The notes: generated by a model not told the origin, from the letters alone. 64,000 nucleotides of DNA from Raillietiella orientalis (GCA_036172245.1 JAYWIR010000044.1:1116001-1180000), one strand, 5' to 3'; counted from the first letter of the stretch, positions 49,950 to 63,099 are shown. Made by a program: numbers and translations.

Positions 49950-51300
49950 TGGCGACTAAGAGAGTGGATGGGGAAGAAAACGCAGAGCATGGCAGAAGTG
50001 GGAAACAAACAAAGGAAGCTGCTTGAGATGAGTCTGTTTTTCCCTGAAAGTTGTGTGCTTCTTTCTTCCTTATTATTTTTATTTTTTCAAGAATGTCTGC
50101 TCCCACGAAGCAGTAGCCACTTTTCCCATGAGGTCAAGGGTGCTGAGCCAGCCAGCAAGCATTCGCTGGAGATCTAGACAAAATCCTCTTGCGAACACCT
50201 TTTCGTCTACGCTGTACCGAGAAGCGGTCTTACGGCGATCGCCCCAGGCATCTAGGCAGCTCCACGGAAGGAAAACCGTCTCGTGGATGAAGAAGGAATT
50301 TCCACCCCTGGAGCACTGGAAGAACAGTTCCGGAAGAGCGCGAACCCCTAAGATTCAAAAATATCCCTCTGCGTCTTTTCCTGCTCGTGGCTGCAGAAGG
50401 TCGACGATTTTAGATATTCTTGCAGGCTACCAAAACTCCATTTCATACAAAGGCGGGTTGGATTTGCCCACCCTTCATGGGACGCTTATCGAGAGCCAGC
50501 GCAGAACGGTTCGAAGAAGGGACACCGGAAAACACCCATCTGGCTGCCCATGTCAGGGGCAAAGGTCGATTTGCATTTATATGGCCGGCTTTATGCTCGA
50601 TCTTTGATTCGCGGCGCTGCCCGTGAAAATCTGAGATGTGTACAAATCACCGGTAGATGAGGAGATACTTCTAAGATGAAGGAACGAGGACCTACAAGGC
50701 GGAAGTGTTTGCGAGAACGCGAAAACCTGAGAAGCGAAGATTCCAGCACCGTTTGTGCGGAAAGTAGAGGAAGTCCCTTTTGATGGCGAAGTCACCTCAT
50801 CGCTAGGTGACTACGAGCAGGCCGGTGGGATTTATGGAGATTCGTGTTTGCGGTTAGCAAGGAACCGGCATCTAGGCAACGGCAGATATTGTACGGCCAC
50901 CTCCGTGCGGGAGGTTTGATTCACAGCTACCCGTCTGGGGAGATGCTTGGAAAAGCTCTCGGGCGAGGGGGCTAATAGGAAGGATAGAGCAATCTTCGAA
51001 AAACATGTACAGAGATGCATGAAGCACTGAGCCATGATAAGCAGTGGCCATCGAGAAGTGCTTGCTGCAAGCGGCGCAATTGCCGGCACCAGGAAACGAC
51101 TTCTCCTTACTTCTCCTTGGAGAATTCCTTCCTGTGAGGCAAGCGGGGACTCTGAGAAGGCAGGCAGTGCCCTCCCCTCGTCGTCAGCAAGCGAAACGGA
51201 ACCCGGACACCGGAAGCTAAAGCTAAAGGCTCCCTTCGGGCGTCGAGAACTCTGAAAAGCGGTTGCCGTGCCTGGCAGCTCCCGGGTGCAAATGAACATC
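49950..51300 (+). mobile_element. Decayed L1/Tx1-like ORF2 3' fragment, intronic
   Basis: KGGLDLPTL and REVLAASGAIA..PSCEASGDSEKAGSAL (knuckle remnant). Confidence 0.45.
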
Positions 51301-51399
51301 TTTTAGAGGATGCAAAGAAGGAAACTGAGATTGAAACGGGGTGGTCTGACGGCCGACTGTTGTTGCATCGCTCTTCACTGTGAGGAAAGGAGGAGCACT

Positions 51400-53950
51400 T
51401 GGGGTGACTTTCGCTGCACGATCTGACCGGCAGTATTGAGCATCTCGCAGGAATAGAGAGACCAGTGTCCATCGGAAGCGCTTGCCGGTAGCCGAGGCAG
51501 CACCTGAAAATTTTGGATCGGACTTCATGCACGGCTTCCGACCAGAAGCAAGTGGGTCAGCCTCACACTGGGGGCTGGCGGGAGCCACTGCTGCTGTCGA
51601 AAGTGAAGCATCCGATCCCTTGTACTTGTGTTCACGCTTGAAGTGTTGATTGACAAATCAATGTGCCCGTCAGGCACACCGATTTGCCATTCGATGGACG
51701 CCTCGAGCTGACCAAGGCAAGCAGCTTCCGATCGGACGTTCTCGAAAGAGAGGGCACGCTCCCATCTCGGAAAGAAGATCAGCGAGTTCTCGACGGATCC
51801 GCCACTATGCATCACCTTGATTCATTCTTAGCATCTTTGGATCCGCCGTCGCAACGACTAAATCCTGTTCATGGATTATTAATGTGCTTCATAAGAATTA
51901 CTTGGCTCTTCCAGTCCAACTTCTCTTCGTGAAGTCCTGAAGATCTGTGCGGTTTATCTTCTTCAGCTTTGATCGAAGCCGAAGCTGGTTAGGGTAAAAT
52001 CTCTTCCGTTGGATTTCAAGCAGTCCGATATCACATGGGACCTTGTACAGAAGCTGCTAGGGCAGTCAGGCGTCCCTACTGGGTAATATCCATCATTACT
52101 GGAAGAGTCCAGCACGGCAACATTTTCGAATCACGCTTGTCGTTCGATATCGAACGACCCGCGTCCCCAGCGGAGTGATCCGAAGCACCAGCTTCCTGTC
52201 AACGAATCACGCAAATCAATAAGCCCCACAATCATTGCAGCTATGTGCGAGCATATTGATTTGGCCTGCAAATAGGAACGCTCCGGTATATTTGCTCTAC
52301 GACGACGATCATAATTCATTGCTAGGAGCACTCGACGGGATTTTATGGATAAAATGGGAATGCATCATTTTGCATGTGATTGTTATGCCTCAGGCACGAG
52401 TTGGAGGATCAGTGCGCAGATTGAGCGGAAAATACAAACACTACGGTACACTTCCGGATAAGTCTGCGCATTTCTTTACGTCGCTCTGGAACCGCTCGGC
52501 AAATCAGCATTAATGAAATCACAATGCCTTTGCTGAAACGCAGATAATTATTCCATTTGTTATCTAGAGGGGCACTGGCGTCGACATCCTCCGTGAGACG
52601 AGGAACGAAGGGTTCCGCGGTGGGATGGGAACTTCGCCTTTCCGCCACCCAATCTTCCCCTCTCAGTGATGTGTGGACCACCTTGGGCAACTCCCGCGGA
52701 CGTCGTAGGAGCCCTCGCGGTCAAGTTTGCAATGACGCGGAAGGGATCAGCGTGTAGGGCTCCTTGCGCCACGCCCCGGAAGCATCGGCCGGACCTTTCT
52801 TTGAGGACCGGGCGGAAAGGATGGTCACACGGCGGAGATGGTGGAAAGTTTTGCCGATCTCTCGTTTGTACCTGCCGCGAACAGGCATCGGGAAGACCGG
52901 ACATGAATAAAAGATGAGGAATCGATCAAATCAAGCAGCTGACGCGTGACTGCGGTTCCTCTAGGTGAAGGCTCAGTGCCCTCTAAGCCCAGAGGACGAC
53001 CGAAAGACGAGTTCTGCTCTGAGCAATTGGTGATTCGATTCATGATTAAAGCTTATCTCTGTGGAAGACCTGCTGAAGAAATAATCTTTCTTAATAGCCA
53101 GCGCAAGAGTGACACGTTGGACCAGAGTTAAGCCCCTGCTCATTTCCCACAGATGCAGACCTCACGAGTGTAATTGGCAGCGTGTCCGCATGCTGATTCC
53201 TGCTCCTCCAATTATTAGACAAACCACAGCTCGATCGATCCAGGCTGTTCTTTGACATCGCCGAAGCAGCTCGTTTTCTCGATCCTGAGGCTGTTTTGGA
53301 ATCATCGGATTGCCGATTGGGAGCGGGAGGATCGAAAGGGAATGAATTTTCAAGTGGGCGCTTTACTCCCACATGTAAAAGACAGCGGCATCGTCATCTT
53401 TCAGCACAAGAACTTGATGGCTGATGGAAAAGAAAAACACGAGGACGTCGCCTCTTCAGAAGCGTCAAGCTTCTGGCAAATATTTTGCTTCCTCTGCAGA
53501 GTGTTCTTTCTCGTGCCTGGCCAGTGCACTCTACAGGAAGGCGCTTTGTCGTTGCCCCCGAAATTGCAAATGCCGTTGAAGTCTGGCTTGGTTTGATCCA
53601 CATCTTCATGCACGGCGACGATATTTCCTTCCCGAGCATCCGCCTGAACGTTCCAGAGCGATTTGACTCCCAAAACGTTTTAAACGGTACGAGTCACTAC
53701 CTCGTGTTCATACGAGGTCCGACGTCTTCTTTGGTAGGAGGATTTCCGCCCATAGTTCTCGTTCCATCTTCGAAGATTTGCTCGAGATGCAATTCATCTT
53801 TTCCCACATCCCATGTATGGAGTGGAGAGCGTTCATGCTCTGCGACTTCAAGACATCATTTTGATTCCTTGCAATGGGAGAGTTGGGTTCAAACGGAGGT
53901 AATGCCCGCTGCCACCAGTGTTTAATTCTCGTTGGTATGCGTGCCCAATT
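51400..53950. mobile_element. Probable decayed ISL2EU element (PIF/Harbinger-related): THAP+DDE transposase (+, ~52650-53950) divergent from SWIM+YqaJ gene (-, ~52450-51400)
   Basis: Plus: SLVCTC..SGRP (THAP-like), WERE..HVKDSGIVIFQHKNL, SGKYF, HGDDISFPSIRLNVP. Minus: ICSHIAAMIVGL (SWIM) and GGSVENSLIFFPRWERALS (Q..W..R..RLTAS-like). Confidence 0.5.
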
Positions 53951-55805
53951 ATCCTTTGGTAGTGTTCTCTTTGGACTTGAGTTTACTTTGGAACATCTTG
54001 AGACGTTCTCTGAAAAATAACAAGTCGGAGGTCCGTCCTTTCTTAACAAGAGAGCTGAGGATGATATCAAAAACGTGACGCTTTTTCTTTGCGATGCGTA
54101 CCAGCTGGGGAACTAAGTACGAGCACTGTGGAGAGCAACCCGATGCACTTTTGTGCCTCTCCCTGAAATCGTAAGAATGCATCGGAGGTGTCCATATGAG
54201 CTTTGGATGTCGACTGGACTTTGCTCCAAGAGTGCCAGTTTTTTCCCCACGCCATCAAAGGAGGCACTCGCTTCTCCCTGGTCGTGGGGAATCTGGCTGT
54301 CTTTTCTGCCTCGACAAAAGCTTTAGTGTTCCCTGAGTTCTGGTTTTGCGCATCATCTGGAAACCCTTTCACATCCCGAATTTTTTTTTCCCGTTATTCA
54401 ACGAGCAACTTGTCATGTGAACTTCACAGCCGTATGTCAAGCCTTGGACCACGGAATGGGCTCGTCACACAGCCTGAAGAAGAATTGGTGGAGCATGCAA
54501 ACTCGGCTAAAAGAGTACTTAGTGTTGCCAGAAAAGAGCCTAAGGATGCATAATTCATGAGATCGAGTTCCTCCAGGTATGAAATCGAGTTTTACTTCCC
54601 TGAAAGCAAGCAAACGTGGAATCGAACAAAAAAAAAAGGGGGGGGGAGGGGGATCGAAATGGTCCGAATTTTAAGCATTTGGGCAGAAGGACATTGCTTT
54701 GCGGTTTTTCTTCTCGATGGGCAGAACGTTACGGAGGCAGAGGTCTTGAAAATTGAAGGCAAGCGGAAGTCACACGAGAGCCAACAACGAGCCGCGCCTA
54801 GTGCGAAACGAGGCTTCTTTGGATGAGGTGGAGTCAAGCAATATCGTACATAGAAAATGCTCCAGGGCATTTCGAGGTGCGAAGGCCGCTGTGCTTGTTC
54901 CAGTCTTTGCCACAGCCGAAATGCGCAGCTGACATCTCAGAATAGTAGCAGCCGTGATGAACACATAGAAAGGGTAGCACCAGGTTGGGATTAAAGGCAG
55001 CATTGGTCTGATGTAGCCTGAATTAATCTTTTGATACAACTGCGGATGCTGTTGCACCGCAAAACCGCTCTTTCTGTCGTTTGCGAGCATTTTTGAGAAA
55101 AGGTAATACGAAGATAATGAGGTTACGGAGTCATGTAGTGGCCGCGGCTCAGATGACAGCTAGAACGCGGGATAGAGATTTCGGAAACTCATCCAAGACC
55201 CTCCACGGGGATGAGCCTCTTCTGATTGATTTTTCCTGACAGCGTAACTCGCTATGGGAGGTGAAGTCATGGATCACAGCATGCCCTGTGGGTAGTGTGC
55301 CATGCCTGGTCCTGGCGACGCATCCCACTCCAGCTGGTCTTCACATAAACTCAGGTAATCGCAGCAGGAGGAACCAGTTGGAGGCTTCGATGCTTTCGAG
55401 AGCATCTTCGAGGGGCAACGGAATTCAAGAGAAACCAATAAGGAATGGTCCATTCCCTCACGGTCATGCTTCCGCCGCCGTCAAGCGGCGAAAGGATTCG
55501 CGCATAGTTCCTCAAATCCCCCGAAAACCTGGAGTGACCCTATCTCCCAGCCACAGCACTCTTATTCTGAAGGAAAGGTCAACCGTATGGTTGCTAGCTG
55601 TCGCTCGAGTGAGCAGAGCACAAGGGCGTTGCAGGCGCATCGCTTAAGAATAGATTGGGGCCTTTCAAGAAGAGGCAGGCCACGCGGATAGCTCATGCTC
55701 AGCAGAAAGAGGATGCCACGAGGGGTTCCCCATGGAGCAGAGGGAAAGGCTCTGCTCCACGGCGAACGGCGCCGCCTCCAAAACGGAGCACTTTCGCGCG
55801 CCCAC

Positions 55806-55996
55806 CTTGTGTCCTCCTCTCTGCCGCACCAGGCACGCGAGGGTCGCGGTTTTTCCGGACTCCACGGTGAGGTTGGTCTCCGCAGATGGGATAAACTGAG
55901 GTTCCATCTCTGCTTCCAAGTATTTCGTCTTTCTCAGGAACTCTTCGGCATTGGGGTCGATGTTCCCGTTCACGACGAAGTTGACCAAGAGCAGAT
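55806..55996 (-). CDS. dpr: Dpr/ZIG-8-family two-Ig cell-surface protein, exon encoding the end of the leader and the first half of Ig1
   Basis: Reads xLLLVNFVVNGNIDPNAEEFLRKTKYLEAEMEPQFIPSAETNLTVESGKTATLACLVRQRGGHK, matching the Dpr pattern P.F...NVT..G..A.L.C.V. Acceptor tcttcttccAG (phase 1), donor AAG|GTGGGC (phase 0). The symbol is family-level only; the paralogue cannot be named. Confidence 0.9.
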
Positions 55997-56129
55997 CTGG
56001 AAGAAGAGGAGACCTCGAAGCGGGCAGAACGCTTTCAGCTGCGGTCCGAGCTGGGGACGACGATCGCAGCCATCTCCCCAATTTCGCTCCCCTTTTTTCA
56101 CCGCGCACCCGCGCTCGTCGGCTGCAGGG

Positions 56130-56443
56130 CATCTCGACAGGCAGCAACGGATCCCACCCGGGAAAGGATGAACGCCGAGACTGTGGGGAAGGGAATGACT
56201 CTGGCTGGCCTATTTGGATGTGGCACTGGTGGAAGCCAGAAACCCCCGGATGCTCCCGTTGACTGAGGGGGAATTGGAAGTCAACCATATTTTCCTCCAG
56301 AACTTTCCTGGATTCATAAAGTGGTCCCTCCGGGATTACCCCCTATAACTTGAAGAGTTATACACGCACCTTCGGGTGGCATGGACAGCGTTAAAGAGCT
56401 TTGTAAGGCTCCCCTAAGGAGGCGAACCGTTCTTCAGCACTTG
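56130..56443 (+). mobile_element. SINE-like copy lacking the whole array
   Basis: GGCACTGGTGGAAGCC..AAAC..GGATGC block joined directly to TTCCTGGATTCAT and the tail with CACCTTCGGGTG. Confidence 0.8.
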
Positions 56444-56539
56444 GAATCCTCTCGTGCGAGCAAATTCGCGCAAATTTAAGACCGGCGTCTCTGAAGCAGA
56501 CCACGGTCATTACACGCTCCGTCTCCCGCCCTGCCGAGT

Positions 56540-57500
56540 GATTAGACGGAGCCGCCTAGAATTCCTTGGCAAAGCCAAGCCATCAGGGACCGAAGGGAAG
56601 GAATCGGAACTTTGAAACCGGTTCCTCCAACGGCATCATTGTTTGGTGGCAGTATCCGAGCAACCGCTTCACCGTTTGCTGCAAGGCAGCATGGGAGGGG
56701 GGGAATGCCTTCTTCGGGAACAACTGGTCTTCTGCGAACTTTGGAGTGTCTTTTCCACCTACACCTCATGGAGGGAAGGATAGCGGCTCGAAGCGATGGG
56801 AGATCTCAAGGCCAAACGTTTGCCGTCCTCTGACGAGTTCACAGAGCAAGCATCACGAAGAAGGCGAGGCAGGCGCATCCCGCAAGGATCCCTGGTCACC
56901 TCCTCATCGCCGCTACGCCCCGGAAAGCGCGAGGAGACGACGGCTTTCTCGGGACGGACGTCCTGATTTCCCACGGATAAGGGGAGTCAAGGCAACGCAA
57001 GCTCGCACCGCACTGCGGCGAAACTTCCGAGGTGTGTCATCCGAGACGGGACTCGGAAACTTCCAGATTCTCTCTCCCTCCAGGCCTCATGAAAACGGCC
57101 TGGCACGCCAGGCTGAGGGTGGTAAACTGGCTGGAACACTGCCGATTCGTGTCCATTCGTTCCTATCGTCGCGTGCACGTGCGCAGCTCGTCCTGTCGTG
57201 CAACCTCAGTGGCGACGCCATTTGTTGCGAAGGAAATCACAAGGACTTTGGGGCCCAGTGAGTGCTTAAGAAGCTCGATTCCGTCCAGTGAGTGAAGCAC
57301 AGAAGAGAGTGGGGGAATGGACATTGTAGCCGATAGGCACCCTGCGTGGATCTGACCTCTCTCCGAAAGAAGGGAACTCAAAAGGTGTCCATTCTAAAGC
57401 GCAGCGTTCAAGAAGACGCATAGTCTCGGGACATGCGCCACTCGCTTCTGAAAACCCAAGCACCAGCTTGCCCGACTGCCTCCCGGGTCATCGGAAGGTC
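56540..57500 (+). mobile_element. L1/Tx1-like APE endonuclease remnant
   Basis: GIIVWWQ, AWEGGNAFFGN..SANFGV, RYAPES, LRRNFRGV (GGDFN.V-like) and IRVHSFLSS, in APE order within ORF 56566-57261. Confidence 0.6.
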
Positions 57501-58742
57501 ATCGGGGTCCCACGAACGACCACGCGCTCCAAGAGCCACAGTTTCCAAGAATATGGTTCGCAAACCAGCTCAGCAAGATGACTGACGTCGCTGAACATCC
57601 AGTACAGCCCGAGAACACCTTACTGGGTGCACTGTCAGGCTTGAGCGGCCTTCGGGCGACGGAGCAAAGACCTACACGGGCAAGTCTTGGGCCAGAAAAA
57701 AAAAAGAAATCTCACACCGAGAAGAAGGCTGCGGGTTCGAATCCCGGAGGTGAATCCTCGAAAAAGAGAAACAAAAGAAAAATTGGAAAACTACAGTTCA
57801 TTGCACCCAATTCATGCTTATTGTAAATGAAAGCATTGAAAATCGCTGTCGTCTCATTGAATTTTATTTGCGTGCTTTTGATTATTCGAAATTTCATTTA
57901 ATTCCATGAAATAGTCAATGATTTGCATCTGCTCGCTGACCAAATATTTTTATTTGATAGCGGACGTGGAATGTATAGTACTTATAATGATTTATTTAAG
58001 GAATTGAGAAAGGCTTTGATTTATGGATGTCTTGAATGCTTGTTCTGAGCCACGCACTTCCTACGGGTTGTGAACGGACACCACGAATTAACAAAAGCTG
58101 TCCATCTTCAACGTTATAGAGGCAGTCCATCATTTTTCCACTTTAAAGCAAAAATAGATGGGCTAAAAATTATCGTGCTCATTCATTATTCAACTTGAAT
58201 CGAAGAGGAAAATAACCCGTCCTCACTTCGGTGGGTGGAATTCAATCGGCGGAAACGACTCTGCACTTTCATCTCTGTCGCTCTGGATGCAGGAAAGTGC
58301 TCTTTCTCGCGCTGCTCCGTCCGAGGAAACTCGAGGGGAAGCGGGATTCGGGACGCTCAAGTCACGTGCTCCGGTCGCCGTCTAGGGAAGCAGCCGAACC
58401 GGAAACAGGGCCGCAAGATTCATCCGCGGCGTTGCCGAGTTACCGCCCCCACAGGAGGACGGTCGCGTTTTTTTCCGCCGCCGCGTTATGCAAATCCACT
58501 ATAGGCCTGCCGCCCTCCGTGCCCTATAAGAGGGCGAGAAACATCCGGGATAGCAGAGACAGGATTGGCTTGCAGCTTTTCGCGCTTCCCTTATAACTGA
58601 TGCATGGCGGGTTGTCATAGGAACATCATCAAAAGTTACATGGAGAAGGAGGGAGTGGCGAGGACCACACACTTCGACGAGGAACGCCATTCGCGAGACA
58701 AGCAGCAACGCAGCTGGACAGGCCGAGGAGAGTTTTCCTCAC

Positions 58743-58934
58743 GCTCCTCCATGCGGTCCGCGGTCCTGTTAGGCCGTGGGGAACCGGGAAGATCTCGGGG
58801 CGCAAGCAGGAAACTCCAGAGGTGAGAAGGAAGAGAATGAGCCACCTAAGGAGCGTTGGATTGGACCACGGAGACTTAGGACGCGCTCCATCATGAGCAG
58901 CTTCCCGTCTCAAGAACAGCCATCGCGTTGCCAT
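58743..58934 (-). CDS. Candidate first (signal-peptide) exon of the Dpr-family gene
   Basis: ATG at 58934 gives MATRW...PTLLRWLILFLLTSGVSC (signal-like), with a C|GTGAGG donor after 58743. That frame ends in phase 0 while the next exon needs phase 1. ATG 58752 (MEE-H) fits phase 1 but gives a weak signal peptide. Confidence 0.25.
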
Positions 58935-59229
58935 CCCCAGCCGAGGGGTTCGGACTGAGTTTTCATCTTGCGCGCAGCCCTGGGGCAGAATCTCCTGGGA
59001 TGCAGGGGTTGCCCTGACGATCCCGGGGACACGACGCGCTACAACCAGATCAAGAAGATTGACGGTGTCGCTCAACAGCCAACACAGAACCGGTTGAGTA
59101 ACCTTTCAAACGACCTAGCGCAGACCTGGTCCAGCAGACAGGACTTCTTTCAGAGGCGGCGCTTCTTCCACTTTCGTATCTTTTCCTCCGGTTAGCGTGG
59201 AGAATGATTCGAAAGAGAAAAAAAGGAAA

Positions 59230-60000
59230 CCGTCCCGATTTCAGCTTCCAACGGCTTCGGAGCAGTCTCCGAAAGTCACAAGTTCGTGCAGCAAAATTGC
59301 ATATCGCCCGGGGGCACATTCACGCGGCTGCTGGGATTCGCCCATCGGAAAGGATGCTGGGCTTTTGATTGGAGACTCTGTTCCAAGGGCAGCGATCGAA
59401 GGACGTCGTGATCGAGTGCGATAGTGACTCTTCGCGGGCAGAGGCAGCACGGCAGGGCGTCACCTCTGAAACTGCGACCACTCTGGGAACTTCAGCTTCT
59501 TGGATGGAACTTTCCATCTGGTCTCATGTCATGGACGCTTTGATAATTCAGAGCAGGAAACTTTCCTTGACCCCCATTTTCTCTTTATCTTACGGAGCAC
59601 AAAACTTCCAAGGTTCCACGTCTGCTCACAAGAGGAGAGAAACCGCAGAAAAAATTGGTCCAGAATGCCTTTTTCGTGTTCTCTGAAATATCTTTTCGCC
59701 GCTGCCGCAATCCCACCACGATCAGATGAACAAAGATGAGCGCCTCCCTTAGTGGAGAATTTAAGAAGCTTCAAGATAGTTCGGGAGTTGCTTGATGGAA
59801 ACTCACGGGGCTGCACCCCAGTTCAGCCTCCCGAAATTTTGGGCGAGCACTTGCTCCTGAGCTGTCCGGTCTTCACTCACATCCGTATGGGTGCGTGCGC
59901 AATCAAGAGCATACGAAGAAGCGGAGGTCGTTGCCGAAAGGACCAGCCAAATGCACGCTTGCGCAGTGGCGACCGACCACCCACCCCTCCCCGAGTTTTC
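59230..60000 (+). mobile_element. RNase H-containing LINE (I-group-like) 3' remnant
   Basis: VVIECDSDSS and LSIWSHV (RNase H D70 and W.PSH motifs) followed by EHLLLSCPVFTHIR knuckle. Confidence 0.55.
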
Positions 60001-60149
60001 ACGTGCTGCCGCGCCAAAGTGAATGCCGCCTCCGAGATTCGAACGCTCGGTCTGCTGCTCGGCATTCGGCGTTCTCCGCCAGTGAGCCGCAACTGCGAGC
60101 CCGAGCTGCCCCGTTGCTCAAGACTGGTCTTCCGTCGATGATGGCGATC

Positions 60150-62500
60150 CTTCTGGGTTCTTCTGTCTTAGCCAAATGCTGGGTCCGCTCCCCTCACGCT
60201 TGCGAGGGAACCTCGAAGATAGCAGACTCTTTGATCTCCTGGAGGGACCCTAGGGGGTCAGCTTCCAATCTTGCCGGTCAGCGCGCAGAAGGAGGTCGGG
60301 AGACGGAAGCGCAGCTCCTTTCCTTAGGATGCGGAAATAGGCAAGTCTTCGTCAGACTGCTTGCGGGCGGAGGGCACGGAAATGCACATAATGGGTTCTC
60401 GGATGGATGCCAACATATTACTGGGAACAGGAAGCTCAGCCGCGCAAAAAGGCAATAACCTGAAAGCACAAAGCCTGCGCAAACACCCCCGCGAGCGGAG
60501 TGGGAGCGGAAGGGAAAGCAGGTGTTTCCCCATCATGAAGGAGTAGGACGTGGATGCTGCCGCGGCGTTTCTCACGTGGTCAGTAGAGAAACTTTCAGGT
60601 TTTGGCACGAACCGAAATCCTTCCTGGAGCGCGGCTCCAGAGCGTCACGACTCCCGTTTTGCTTCGATCGTCTCCTCACAGGCATCACATCTTCAGCTTT
60701 TTGTGTTGCCTCTTTCGTCTTTAAGATCCTTCCTCGCGTCAGGTACCTCGGAGAGCGTCTGACCCGACTCGGGAGTGGATTCTCTAGTGCCCCGTTTGGA
60801 ATTCCGGCGAGAGGATGAGAGAGATGCCTTGATTCTCGTTCTCAAAGAAGGCGCGGGAGTAGGGGTCGAGGGGTGGAATTCGGTTGAAGACCTAAGAGCC
60901 GTCTCCAAGTTTCGGAGTTCTTCCAGGGTCCTGAACGACGGGCAAGGGGAATCTCCAAAGCGCTGTATCCAAGAAACGGTCTGCGTCCTTTTGGTCAGCG
61001 CGCGAAGGCGAGTGGAGGCGCGTGCCGCGCACTCTGTAGGAAGTGACGGAGGAAGTGGCTGAGGTGGGCTGTATGGAGGGAGCCTTCGTACAGATCCCGC
61101 AGGGTTGGCGCCGAAGAGTGTTGGTTGTGGCGTGCTGGGGTGGCGGATGCCGCGAACCGTTTCGGCTGATACGCCAGATCTGCCGGTGGGAAATCAAAAA
61201 AAAAAAGAAAGAAAGAAGAAGAAAGGGGGAGAGAAACATCCCTGAAGGAAAGCAGGGCGTTCAAGTTGCTCTTGCGAGGAGCTTTCCACGCGAACGCGGC
61301 AGAGCAGCGATCCCGCCACGGAGAGGGAGGGGGTTAGCGGGACAGGGACCGATAAAAAAACGAGATAAAATCACGAGCAGTCGGTCAGATCAGCCGTGCC
61401 CAAGTTTCCGCGTCGGCAGCTGTCGACTGATGATGAGGTTCAGCGGAGTGCAGAGGGAGGGAGACGAATGAAAACGGGCAGCCGAACACGAAGAGCATGC
61501 AAAAAAAAAAACGAAAAAAAAGTTTTCATCCCGATTGGAACCGGTCATTCTCCCCTTTCGAAGATTCAACGGCGTTTCCTCACTCTTTCATCTCGCACGG
61601 ACGTGCACGCACACACGTTCCGAGTAAAGAGCGGCGTTCATGAGGAACGGACGGGACGGCGGACTCGCAGGGTTTCGGGAGTGCGTTTCAGGTGTTCAGG
61701 AACTGCAAATCTCGGGAAGCACCCGTGGGAAACCACGCCGTCATTTCAAGACCGCCGAGCTGCCTTTTTTCCCCCCGGACTGTTGATTGATTCGCGGATC
61801 CACCAGGACGCTCAAATTTGGGACAGGTGAATTGACTTCCTGGAAGAACCGATTCGGAACACGGTCGGAGAACGACCCGCCGCGGTTGCTGGGAGGAAGC
61901 GGGAAGCATCGCGAGATTCGGGATTCGCGAGGAGTAGCTCCAGCTGGTCTCCTGCTCTCGACCTCTCGACCCACCAGTCCCTTCTTCCTCCGGCCTATCG
62001 CTCTGGAGCGACGGTTCTTCCCGAGGCTCCCTGGTGCAGCTCACATCCCGCTTCCTGCTCTTTTGGAGAGGCTCCTTTTTGAACGTGGCCGTCGGTCGCG
62101 CTTCCGAGGGAGGTCAAGTGCCCTCAGCGATCTTTGTGGAGACATCCCCCTCGGGCGAAGCGCCGACCACGAGTGCGTTGGGGGACCGACCTGTCCTCAA
62201 CATGTCCACAGGAGAGGGATCGCATCTGGCAGCGAGCTCGGACAGAGCTCTGAGTTCTCAGATTAGCGCCAGCGGACCGGGACTAACGAAGGGACGGGTT
62301 GAACGCGGCTCTTTCGCTTGTCCTCAGCTCCCTGCTGACCCACGACGCCCCGCGGTGCCACGCTGCGGGCGTCGGTGGCAGATTGAGGTCGGCGGGGGTC
62401 TCCAGTGGAAGAGGAATTCGTCTTGAGGAATCGGGCCGGAAAGGCAGAAGAACGAGCGCTCGCAGTGAGCCGAAACGAAGGCGGTGGAATAGGAAGCGCC
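60150..62500 (-). mobile_element. One or two L1/Tx1-like ORF2 3' fragments (about 60150-60950 and 61800-62500)
   Basis: AFRLL..AELPV..MC..EDL knuckle remnant and DRPEEEGTGG (P.EEGGLG-like). Confidence 0.3.
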
Positions 62501-62554
62501 GCCGCACCTGCCAAGTCCTTTAAAAAGGGGGTTCAGTTTCCGGTGCTCCCGGGG

Positions 62555-63045
62555 TGATGGAAATCTTTTCAAGTTCTGCTTTTGCTGCTCTCCTTCCAGT
62601 TTTTTTTTCTTTTTGGGTTCCCCGAGTGCTGGAGAACCGTTTGCCTCCTTAGGAGGGGCGCTTGCGAAGCTCTTTGACTCTGTCCACGTCACCCAAGGGC
62701 GCGGGGAGCTCTTCAAGCTGCAGGCGTAACCCCGTTGGGACTACCCTACGAAACTAGGGAGAAAATAGTCCGTTTCTCTTGCACTTGCTCCTTCTCTCCG
62801 GAGGGACCCCTGGATTCATACAATGATCGATCCGGGGTTGTGTTCTACAACTTGACGGATCACACGCACCTATGGATGGTGTGGGCGGAGTCGAAGAGCT
62901 GCGTGTAACTCTTCAAGTTTCAGCAGATAACTCCAGAGGGACCACCTATGAATCTAGGAAAGCTCCGGAGAAAAAAGTTTGTCCTTCTTGCTCTTGCTCC
63001 TTGTTCTCTCCGGAGGGCTTCCTGGAGGGAGCGGCAGCCTCCCGT
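62555..63045. mobile_element. Cluster of three SINE-like 3' fragments in alternating orientation (-,+,-)
   Basis: Tail block on minus (62555-62810), plus (62810-62900, GGATTCAT...CACACGCACC) and minus again (62901-63045, GCGTGTAACTCTTCAAG). Confidence 0.75.
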
Positions 63046-63099
63046 TTCCCCTACAGCATTAGGCAATCAAATTGGAAGTTGGCTTCCCGTACTTGCTAC

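Noticed and set aside
60892..61239. MFLSPFLLLSFFFFL as a Dpr signal peptide exon
   Set aside because: Hydrophobicity comes from a low-complexity A/G tract, and no suitable phase-1 donor was found.
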